Of a stretch of DNA of 17,310 bases, positions 8,406-15,561 are shown one piece after another. The stretch's first letter is position 1. Every line of letters begins with the position of its first letter. The notes below the pieces were generated by a model, which was given only the letters and a program-made list of their open reading frames with translations, had not been told where the DNA came from and searched no databases. Source of the stretch: Planctomycetota bacterium. Lineage in GTDB: Bacteria > Planctomycetota > GCA-002687715 > DRQF01. The stretch spans positions 1 through 17,310 of the forward strand of contig JAZGFI010000111.1 in NCBI GenBank assembly GCA_036479435.1. Reading direction: 5' to 3'. Made by a program: the position numbers and the translations under genes.

Positions 8406-8876
8406 ATGCAAGGCGACGCCAAAGTCATCGACGCTCTCAACGAACTCCTCACTTCGGAGCTCACCGCCATCAACCAGTACTACGTGCACTACAAAATGTG
8501 CGAGAACTGGGGCTTTTTGAAACTCGCGGCCTACTTCCGCGAGGAGTCGGTGGACGAGATGAAACACGCTGACAAGATCATCGATCGCATCTTGTACCTT
8601 GATGGCGTCCCCAACATGCAGCGCTACAACACGGTGCTGGTCGGCGAAGATGTGCCCGAGCAGATCAAGTTAATGCTCGACACCGAGGTGGTTTCCGCCA
8701 ATGTCTTGAACGCCTTGATCAAACTCTCGGCGGATTGCGGCGACAACGGCACGCGCGAGATGATGGAAAGCCTCCTCGTCGACACCGAGCAGGCGGTGGA
8801 CTGGGCCGAAGCTCAGCTGCACATCATCAAAGAAATCGGTAAAGAGCGCTATCTCGCGGAGAAGCTTGAGGCCTAA
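8406..8876 (+). CDS. bfr: Bacterioferritin (heme Met52 present, ferroxidase centre partly substituted)
   Basis: [17 protein letters not shown]....NWG..KL....[19 protein letters not shown]. Start placed at ATG 8406 (MQGD equivalent to MKGD), giving 156 aa, rather than the ORF-track start at 8280. Confidence 0.95.
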   Translation: MQGDAKVIDALNELLTSELTAINQYYVHYKMCENWGFLKLAAYFREESVDEMKHADKIIDRILYLDGVPNMQRYNTVLVGEDVPEQIKLMLDTEVVSANVLNALIKLSADCGDNGTREMMESLLVDTEQAVDWAEAQLHIIKEIGKERYLAEKLEA

Positions 8877-8910
8877 GACCCGGCGATGGAGGTCGACGCT
8901 CAAACGCTGA

Positions 8911-9888
8911 TTAGCCTAGTAGAGTTCGCAAGACTTCCGGGGCCAGATTCGCCCCGCACAGAACGACGAAGCGCCGCGCGGCATCATCTCGCGCGGCGTT
9001 CTTCAATAACCCGGCGATCGCGGCACCCGCGGCGCCTTCGATCATCATCGGGTGCGCCTCAAAAAAGCCGCGCATGGCATCCCGAATCTCGTCTTCAGTG
9101 ACGAGAATCGACTGATCGACAACTTCCCGGCACAGCGGCAGCGTCACGGAGTTCTCCTCCACACCACCCGCCGTAGCGTCCGAGAGGGTGTCGTAGCAAG
9201 GGACGTCCTGCCAAGATCCGGTCTCCAAACAAACGTGAACCGCGGGTGATTGATCGGGCGATACCGCAATAACCGTCGACTCCGGTGAGGCGTACTTGAA
9301 GTAGGCCCCGATGCCACCGATAAGACCGCCACCGCCAAGGGCGGCATAGACGCTGGCCTTTCCCGACCCGGCTTGGAACTCATCGGACACAATGATCTCA
9401 CGACCGACGGTACCCTGCCCCGCCACCACTGAGGCGTCGTTGTAGGGCGAAAGGTACTCGCAGTTTCGTTCTTGGCCGAAGGCTCGCGCGGCGGCCTCGG
9501 CCTCAACACAGTCCGAACCCACGACCCGTAACTCGGCACCGAGGGACTCAATCTTTTTTCGCTTGGCGGCCGTCGCCACTTCGGGGACGTACACCCGCAC
9601 CGGCACGCCCATCAGGGCCGCGGCGTGGGCGACCGCCGCCCCGTGATTCCCCGATGATGCCGTGACAATCCCGCGTGCTCTTTGATCCTGGCTAAGGCTG
9701 AGCAACTTGTGAGTCGCGCCGCGGATCTTGAAAGAGCCGGCGACCTGGAAGTTCTCCAACTTCAAAAAGACGTCGGCGCCGCAAAAGTCAGAGAGCCAAG
9801 CGGATCGCTCGATCGGCGTCTTGCGAACTCTCGAGGCGATGCTCGTAGCCGCGCCATCGATCTTTTCTGACCACTCTGCAATGGTCAC
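8911..9888 (-). CDS. PLP-dependent threonine/serine dehydratase family protein (no regulatory domain)
   Basis: FLKLENFQVAGSFKIRGA (PLP lysine), ASSGNHG, AGQGT, GGGGLIGG, EGAAG and CGAN motifs; 325 aa; GTG start. Confidence 0.92.
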   Translation of the reverse strand: MTIAEWSEKIDGAATSIASRVRKTPIERSAWLSDFCGADVFLKLENFQVAGSFKIRGATHKLLSLSQDQRARGIVTASSGNHGAAVAHAAALMGVPVRVYVPEVATAAKRKKIESLGAELRVVGSDCVEAEAAARAFGQERNCEYLSPYNDASVVAGQGTVGREIIVSDEFQAGSGKASVYAALGGGGLIGGIGAYFKYASPESTVIAVSPDQSPAVHVCLETGSWQDVPCYDTLSDATAGGVEENSVTLPLCREVVDQSILVTEDEIRDAMRGFFEAHPMMIEGAAGAAIAGLLKNAARDDAARRFVVLCGANLAPEVLRTLLG

Positions 9889-9940
9889 TTCGTCGGTTCC
9901 ATCATCTTGGTTCCACGGCTGGCACTAAACATTGTGGCCT

Positions 9941-10393
9941 TCACTCTTTCGTTCGCTTAGCGAACTTCTTAGTCGCCAAACGGTGCGCTTCGGCGACCAG
10001 GCTTTTAATCTCAGCGAACTTTTCGACGGACGGGTTCAGGATTTGAACCCAGTTCATCCAGGCGTAGACGGGATGCGGCATTAGCTCGTCGACTAAGGCA
10101 AAATCATGCCCGGTGTCGACGATGTGTCCCTTGGCGGGGCGTTTCGGCTTCTCGCCGAAAAGCCCCGCGTAGCTGTTGGGGCGCAGCCCTATCGCAACTC
10201 GGTAGATCCCCGGTCGGTCCAAGTCCGAAGACTGGTCGTTCACCCCGTCCTGTTCTTTAATGGTGCAAAAATAGACGCCGTGAGCCATCGCTTGCCCAGG
10301 GTTGTAAAAAAACGACGTCTCGCCCCAAACCGCCTTCGGAACGACGCCTTCGAGATTGTCGTTTATCCACTCAACCAGTTGTTCTTGCGACAT
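9941..10393 (-). CDS. DUF6194-like hypothetical protein
   Basis: WGETSFFYNPG, YFCTIKEQDG.ND..S.LDRPGIYR and D.LMPHPVYAWMNWVQILNPS pattern recognised as DUF6194-like. Confidence 0.75.
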   Translation of the reverse strand: MSQEQLVEWINDNLEGVVPKAVWGETSFFYNPGQAMAHGVYFCTIKEQDGVNDQSSDLDRPGIYRVAIGLRPNSYAGLFGEKPKRPAKGHIVDTGHDFALVDELMPHPVYAWMNWVQILNPSVEKFAEIKSLVAEAHRLATKKFAKRTKE

Positions 10394-10601
10394 CGTGTTT
10401 CCGTTCTTCGCCAGCTGCCGTCTATAACCCGTCAGTCCTCATCACCCAAGCGGCGGGCTCACCGCCGTGTTGGCGGGTAAGCAAGTTCGGTTGGGAAATT
10501 TGTACCGAACATGGCGAGAGTGTAGGACACCTGCTCCGCCGCAAACATGACGCCCCAGCGCAAATGGCGTGGCCGCCGCAGATCGCCATCTCCGGCGAAA
10601 G

Positions 10602-11168
10602 TCAGGGTGTGGTGAGGCCAGGAATTTTCCAGAGTCTCTCCGCCACTTTCACTTCGCCGGGCTCGACGACGACGGCGTTGATGCCGCGAAAATTGAGCCT
10701 TCGCCCCATCTCAGAACCGACGAACTTTGCGGCGGCGGAGCCGAAGCGGGCAACGAATTTCTTGCAGCCCGTGTGGGGGACCGCGCTCACTTCGACCACC
10801 GCCGTACCGACTTTGAGCCGAGTGCCCGGCGACAGATTCTCCGCGCTGAGATTCAGGTCCACAAACAGTTGATCGCCCGCGAGCGGCCAACGCTCTTTCG
10901 GTCCAGCCAAAGCTGAGATCACGCGAGAGCTCATCAAAGTCAGCTGCATCCCCGGGTGGGCCAGGCCATCGGCGGTCTTGAAGCTTCCTCGTGAATGCCA
11001 GTTGTCGCCGACGAGGCCAAGCTCGATACTGAGTTCCGCGCTTGTCAACAGCTCTCTCTCGCCGACTTCCGGGCGGCGCACTATCAACTCCACATGCCCC
11101 CCGTCGAAAGGTGACTCCAGAATCTTTGTCACCGCGGCCTGTAGTTGTTCGGCGCTCCGATGTTTCAT
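10602..11168 (-). CDS. MOSC domain-containing protein
   Basis: GLVGDNW, LAGDQLFVDLNLS..NL.PGTRL.VG, PHTGCKKF..RFG and RGINAVVV..G.V motifs; GGAGG at 11179-11183. Start is ATG 11168 or TTG 11171. Confidence 0.88.
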   Translation of the reverse strand: MKHRSAEQLQAAVTKILESPFDGGHVELIVRRPEVGERELLTSAELSIELGLVGDNWHSRGSFKTADGLAHPGMQLTLMSSRVISALAGPKERWPLAGDQLFVDLNLSAENLSPGTRLKVGTAVVEVSAVPHTGCKKFVARFGSAAAKFVGSEMGRRLNFRGINAVVVEPGEVKVAERLWKIPGLTTP

Positions 11169-11196
11169 CAATAACGAACCTCCATCTATCCGGCGA

Positions 11197-11508
11197 CTAA
11201 GAGTTGCTCCGATTCTGCCCCCAAAACCGATCGAGCACCATCACAAGCAGGAACCAGTGAATCCCCCCGCTGTCGATGGCAAGCAAAACTATCGCCAGCA
11301 CATCCAGCGCCACGGAGTATTCGTGGCGCAACCACCCTACCCAATCCAAAACCACCAGCAACGATCCGAGCACCGGGATACCCGAGGACCAACGGTAGTC
11401 ATCCCGAGCGCCGCCGAGCAACCGGAATAGGGGGTAACGCAGCCAGCTCAAGTACGCGTTGAAGCTACAGAACAATCCTCCGATAGTCAGGAGTATCCAG
11501 CCAATCAT
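11197..11508 (-). CDS. Hypothetical membrane protein (103 aa)
   Basis: Three to four hydrophobic segments; GAGGT RBS upstream; co-oriented with the MOSC gene and 28 nt upstream of its ATG. Confidence 0.7.
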   Translation of the reverse strand: MIGWILLTIGGLFCSFNAYLSWLRYPLFRLLGGARDDYRWSSGIPVLGSLLVVLDWVGWLRHEYSVALDVLAIVLLAIDSGGIHWFLLVMVLDRFWGQNRSNS

Positions 11509-11515
11509 GGCGACC

Positions 11516-11641
11516 TCATTTCTTCAGCGCCTCTGGGAGCCTGGCAATGATCAGCATGGCGATGAAGGCGGAGACCGCCAAGATCAGATTCCCCGGGCCC
11601 TGAGTGATGCTGCAGATCAATGAGAGAATCACGCTGATCAT
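11516..11641 (-). CDS. Small hydrophobic protein (41 aa; 45 aa if GTG 11653 is used), absent from the ORF track
   Basis: Manual translation MISVILSLICSITQGPGNLILAVSAFIAMLIIARLPEALKK*. Its TGA overlaps the GAGGT RBS of the next gene. No clear RBS of its own. Confidence 0.5.
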   Translation of the reverse strand: MISVILSLICSITQGPGNLILAVSAFIAMLIIARLPEALKK

Positions 11642-11669
11642 GTTTTCAAGCACGGCGCGGCAACTCTGA

Positions 11670-11699
11670 TTGACAGGCCCCTAATGCGAGGGCTATGGT
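11670..11699 (+). promoter_or_regulatory. Putative sigma70 promoter for the 11765 gene
   Basis: TTGACA (11670-11675)-N18-TATGGT (11694-11699). Confidence 0.5.
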
Positions 11700-11764
11700 C
11701 GAGGCGACAACCGTCCTTCCAATCGATCAGACGCCTAAGGATCTGATCCAAGCCGAGAGCCCAA

Positions 11765-12163
11765 ATGAAGCAAATCATCGTCTCGTCCATCGCCATATTC
11801 GTGTTGTCCATGCTACTTGGCTTCGTAGTCCACGGCTGGTTGCTGCAAGGCGACTATGATTCTTCAGGACTGATGCGTTCACCCGAAGGTCAAGAAGCGA
11901 AGTTCGGCTTCATGCTCTTGGCCCACGCCTTGATTGCTGTGGGGTTCACGCTCATCTACCGAAAAGGTCGCGAGGACAAACCCTGGTTGGGCCAAGGCCT
12001 GCGCTTTGGGTTGCTATGGGCTCTGGCTTCGGTCGCACCTCTTTATCTGATTTACCACGCCGTCATGCCCTTCGAGCTTTCGCTGACCTGTAAGCAAATC
12101 GTGTACGACTGCATCGCCATAATGCTGGCGGGTGCGGCCGTGAGTTTTTTGAACCAAAAGTGA
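11765..12163 (+). CDS. Hypothetical 4-TM membrane protein (possibly DUF1761-like)
   Basis: Four hydrophobic helices; G..VHG.LL..DY and GQGLRFG segments. Confidence 0.75.
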   Translation: MKQIIVSSIAIFVLSMLLGFVVHGWLLQGDYDSSGLMRSPEGQEAKFGFMLLAHALIAVGFTLIYRKGREDKPWLGQGLRFGLLWALASVAPLYLIYHAVMPFELSLTCKQIVYDCIAIMLAGAAVSFLNQK

Positions 12164-12264
12164 TAAGCCAGTCCCTTTGGCCCCGTGCGGGCCAAGCAAA
12201 AAATGCCTCGACGCCGACCTTTCCCTGCTGATCTATCGATGGCTGAACGACTTACACTGACCGG

Positions 12265-12298
12265 GTTATACGCAGAATACATGTACACTGCGTATAAC
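12265..12298. promoter_or_regulatory. 34-bp palindrome (probable operator) abutting the nucleotidyltransferase start codon
   Basis: GTTATACGCAG-AA-TACATGTA-CA-CTGCGTATAAC: perfect 11-bp arms plus a central 8-bp palindrome; ATG at 12300. Confidence 0.75.
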
Positions 12299-12299
12299 G

Positions 12300-13358
12300 A
12301 TGATAACCCGCCACCCTGAAGATACCCAAACCCTGCATGCGGAGGCGCTCGCGCTCCTGCTGGCGCTGGAGAGTGACCGAACTTGGTCACACCTTTCCGG
12401 TTCCTTCACGACGAAGGCTGTCAAAGGCCGGGAGTACGTCTATTTTCAGTACTCCGACTTAGGCGGCGCCAAACGCCAACTCTCCATTGGCAAAAAGGAC
12501 GCCGCACTCGACAAGATCATTCGAAACTACAAAGAACAGCGAATCCTGGGCGAAGCAGACCGGGCTCAAGTCAAACGACTCGCGGGTCTGTTGCGAGCGG
12601 CGGGAATAGCCATGATTCCCCATGGGCCCGCCAGGGTGATCCGCGCCCTCGCCGATGCTGGTGTTTTTGCGGCGGGCGGAATGTTGATGGGGCCCTATGC
12701 CTTCCAAGTTCTTGGCAACTTGCTCGGCTTGGAATGGCCGGACGCGGCCTGGCGAACGCAAGATGTCGATATCGCCGGTCAGGTCCAAATCGCCATACCG
12801 TCTCTCGAAGCAGACGTGCCGAAAGCTCTGGACAGTTTGCGGATGGGCTTCATTCCGGTGCCTCAACTTGATCCGCGCCACGCTTCGACATCGTTTCGTG
12901 TACGCGGCAAGCAACTACGAGTCGACCTGATCACCCCTGGAAGCGAAAGTGATTCGGCGCCGATCCAGATACGACGATTCAATGCTGCTGCAGCACCGAT
13001 TAAATACCTGTCGCTATCGATGCGCGAGGCGCAGCCTGCCGCGGCAATAGAAAGCACGGCGGCAACTCTCGTCGTCGTTCCTTCACCGGCGCGATTTGCG
13101 CTACACAAGCTACTCGTCAGCCAAACGCGATCCGTCATTCAGCAAACCAAGAGCGGCAAGGACCTTCACCAAGCGGCACTTTTTCTCGAATCTCTGGCGG
13201 AAGATCGCCCCGAGGACCTTGAGCAAACGGCCGCAGCATTTTGTAAGTCCGGTCCCGCGGTAACTCGCAAAGTGAAGCGCGGTCTCCAAGCGGCTGTGAA
13301 TCGATGGCCAGACTCTCAACTTGGCGCGTCAATCGTCGAGCGGATCCTCGGCGACTGA
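12300..13358 (+). CDS. GSU2403-like nucleotidyltransferase-fold protein
   Basis: N-terminal beta-rich GSF..K.VKGREYVYFQY......RQ..IG; GVF..GG.L.G..AF; RTQDVD (DxD); VDLITP; PSPARFALHKL..S..R.....K..KD..QA. Confidence 0.82.
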   Translation: MITRHPEDTQTLHAEALALLLALESDRTWSHLSGSFTTKAVKGREYVYFQYSDLGGAKRQLSIGKKDAALDKIIRNYKEQRILGEADRAQVKRLAGLLRAAGIAMIPHGPARVIRALADAGVFAAGGMLMGPYAFQVLGNLLGLEWPDAAWRTQDVDIAGQVQIAIPSLEADVPKALDSLRMGFIPVPQLDPRHASTSFRVRGKQLRVDLITPGSESDSAPIQIRRFNAAAAPIKYLSLSMREAQPAAAIESTAATLVVVPSPARFALHKLLVSQTRSVIQQTKSGKDLHQAALFLESLAEDRPEDLEQTAAAFCKSGPAVTRKVKRGLQAAVNRWPDSQLGASIVERILGD

Positions 13359-13497
13359 ATCCGTTCACGCCGAGATCCAAGGCATTCCGGCGATCCAGCT
13401 CCGAGAGCCTTGGTTGGCAACAGCACTCTTGGTGCTCATTAGATTCCCCGCCCTCTGTGTCGAATACCTCGGAGACAGCGGCTGTCGCGGCACAACT

Positions 13498-14115
13498 TTA
13501 GCGAGCCTCTTTCTGCCACTTGGCCCAAGCGGCGTAAGTCTTGGGGACGTCCAGTTTCTTGAGTGACTCCCAAGCCTCCAGCACTTCTTCCCTCGGGACG
13601 TTCTTATGGGCGGCATCGTAATCGCTCACAAAGTTGATGTATCTTCCGTGGGGCACTTGCTCGAACGGCCCTTTCACGGCGTTCAAACGAACATACTCTT
13701 GCACTAAATCTCTGTAGGTGATCTCAACGCCAAGGCGGATCTGTTCTTCGCGCCACCGGTTGAGGCGATAGCGCGCCCCCGATTTCCTCTTTAGACCGGG
13801 CGCAATCTTTAGCGACTCTGCCTCGAGGAAATCCTTCGTCACCTTGTCGTTCGTGTAGATCTTCACCATAAGCCGCAGGCTCAGACCGCGCTCTAGGTTC
13901 TTTCGCCCGGAAGGAGTCAAATTCCTCTTCGCCGGGTTCTCAATTTTCCCGCTCGACAAAAACCGCCGGATGGCCGTCTCCAGCTCATCCTTGCGCAGCT
14001 TGCTCGCCGACGGAATCCTCAGGTCTTTCGCGAACTTCTTGAGCTGGTCGGCATACCAATAGCCGTTGTCAAACTCGGTCAAGGTCATCGACTTCGACTT
14101 CGACAGCTCAATCAC
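13498..14115 (-). CDS. SAP-like domain-containing hypothetical protein
   Basis: EFDNGYWYADQLKKFAKDLRIPSASKLRKDELETAI resembles a SAP-type motif. C-terminal YINFVSDY...AWESLKKLDVPKTY. Start placed at GTG 14115 (GGGAG upstream), giving 205 aa. Confidence 0.75.
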   Translation of the reverse strand: MIELSKSKSMTLTEFDNGYWYADQLKKFAKDLRIPSASKLRKDELETAIRRFLSSGKIENPAKRNLTPSGRKNLERGLSLRLMVKIYTNDKVTKDFLEAESLKIAPGLKRKSGARYRLNRWREEQIRLGVEITYRDLVQEYVRLNAVKGPFEQVPHGRYINFVSDYDAAHKNVPREEVLEAWESLKKLDVPKTYAAWAKWQKEAR

Positions 14116-14178
14116 CGCATGACTCCCAAGCAAAATCGAACTCAAACTCGAACTCGCGACTTTGAGACCGCCCAATCG

Positions 14179-14477
14179 CTAAGCGGAGTCCTCACCAACA
14201 AAACTACCATCTGGAGCCATGATGAAATCAACCGACAAGGGCAGCAAGGCGCGAATACCGCCATCGTCAATCATGCCGAGCACCCGAAGGTCTCCAGCAC
14301 CAGGCTTGCGGTCCCAGACGACTTCGATTTCGAGATCATAGCGGGCGCCACTTTCGCCGATCCGTTCACCGGTGGCCGGCTCACCGTCAATGAGGCAGAC
14401 AAGTTCGGCGTACTGGCGCCAACACGCCAAGCCCCCAGTTCCTTAGCCAAAAGTTCTCGCGCTTCGACTTTGTCCAC
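14179..14477 (-). pseudogene. Frameshifted hypothetical protein (about 98 aa if repaired)
   Basis: AAGGAG RBS then GTG 14477 gives MDKVEARELLAKELGAWR; the protein-like sequence continues in another frame as RQYAELV...VWD....DLRVLGMIDDGG...DFIMAPDGSFVGEDSA*. The span is 299 nt (not a multiple of 3) with the break at about 14417-14430. Confidence 0.65.
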
Positions 14478-14659
14478 GTACTCACTCCTTTGGTTCAACG
14501 AGTGTTCTGCATCTCCATCCTATCGCAGTTCTCCCTCCGTCACCCTCCAGTCGAACACGCTGTGATCCCGTTCGCCAAAACGCTGCATTGCCGACCACTG
14601 TTTTCGGGTAGCATCGCACTGCCCCCCGGCGAGCAAAGCGACAGGAAAAGAGCAGATCC

Positions 14660-15097
14660 GTGCAGGAAAAGAACCCAGGTTTCGCGACAGCCACCGAAGC
14701 GGCGCTAACGTTGGCATCTGCTCTCGACCGCGGCGATTGGTCCGCCTGCATTATGTGCTTGACCTCGCAATGCGAGTACGAGTTCAGAGGAACAGTGAGC
14801 AAAGGCGCGGAAGACATCATTTCTTCCTATCGCGTCATCGGAGAGTGGGTCGAAGCCACCTTCGAATCTGTCCGCTACGAGAGCGCGGTCGAAACACTCG
14901 GTGCCAAAGTTGCCAAGATCAGCTTCAGGGATCTCATGGAACACCAAGGCCACCGCCTGGACTTCCGCTGCCAACAGGTCATCACGCTTGGAGATGATGG
15001 TCTCATTGGCAAGATCCGACACATCGACATTGATGGCATGCCCGAAAAGGTCGCCGAGTTCAACAAGGCTTGTGGGGTGACGAAACCGAGTTCTTAG
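14660..15097 (+). CDS. Nuclear transport factor 2 / SnoaL-like family protein
   Basis: ALDRGDW....CLT..C.Y......G.EDII..Y and a C-terminal DDGLIGKIRH strand typical of the SnoaL fold; GTG start with AGGA upstream. Confidence 0.72.
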   Translation: MQEKNPGFATATEAALTLASALDRGDWSACIMCLTSQCEYEFRGTVSKGAEDIISSYRVIGEWVEATFESVRYESAVETLGAKVAKISFRDLMEHQGHRLDFRCQQVITLGDDGLIGKIRHIDIDGMPEKVAEFNKACGVTKPSS

Positions 15098-15152
15098 CTC
15101 CTAGGTTTTGGCTCAGAAAACAGCGCAGTAGACCGACCGCTGAAACGAACTG

Positions 15153-15386
15153 TTAGTTGGTCGATTCCCAAGACATCTGCCAACCGGCTTCCTCGAAATA
15201 GAGTTCAAGGTCGCCCTTTGTTTCCACCCAATTGTCGAAGGCACCGAGGGCGCCCAAGCCTCGGGACCCTTCCCACCAGTGAACAACGTGATATCCCCCG
15301 GATCTCTCGTCGCCTTCAACCACGACCCGGTGTCCACGATGCTTGCTGTTCAAGATCGCGCCTTCTATTCCGATGGGAATGGCCAT
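15153..15386 (-). CDS. Hypothetical protein (77 aa), Trp-rich
   Basis: AGGTG upstream of ATG; protein-like GGY...FDNWVE....L..YFEEAGW...W pattern. Confidence 0.6.
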   Translation of the reverse strand: MAIPIGIEGAILNSKHRGHRVVVEGDERSGGYHVVHWWEGSRGLGALGAFDNWVETKGDLELYFEEAGWQMSWESTN

Positions 15387-15561
15387 GTTCGTTTCTCACC
15401 TTAGTCTTGACCCTTCAACGGCGCCCGGTCGGATTCTGCCAAACTAGCTCCAGGCTTTCCTTGCCAGAAAGCCGAAAAACCAATCTGCTATCCCTCAGAG
15501 ACCGAATTCACATTGCGTAAGTGACGAGATATCTTATGAAAGTCGGCCCAAATTTCGGTGG

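Noticed and set aside
10394..10601. Intergenic hairpins as an ncRNA or riboswitch
   Set aside because: Short GC-rich stems with no recognisable conserved motif.
12177..12203. Hairpin TTGGCCC/GGGCCAA after the 11765 gene as an intrinsic terminator
   Set aside because: It is followed by an A-run rather than a T-run, so it lacks a U-tract in either orientation.
13377..13413. Hairpin CCAAGGC...GCCTTGG considered as an attC site or terminator
   Set aside because: No matching RYYYAAC/GTTRRRY pair bracketing it and no U-tract.
14116..14175. N-terminal extension of the SAP-like ORF and the (AACTCG)-like hexamer run at about 14133-14156
   Set aside because: Low-complexity Ser run; a better RBS precedes GTG 14115; the repeat is too short to interpret.
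15095..15457. TAGCTCC(T)AGG near-direct repeats flanking the 77-aa gene as a target-site duplication
   Set aside because: Only 7 nt exact, which is compatible with chance.
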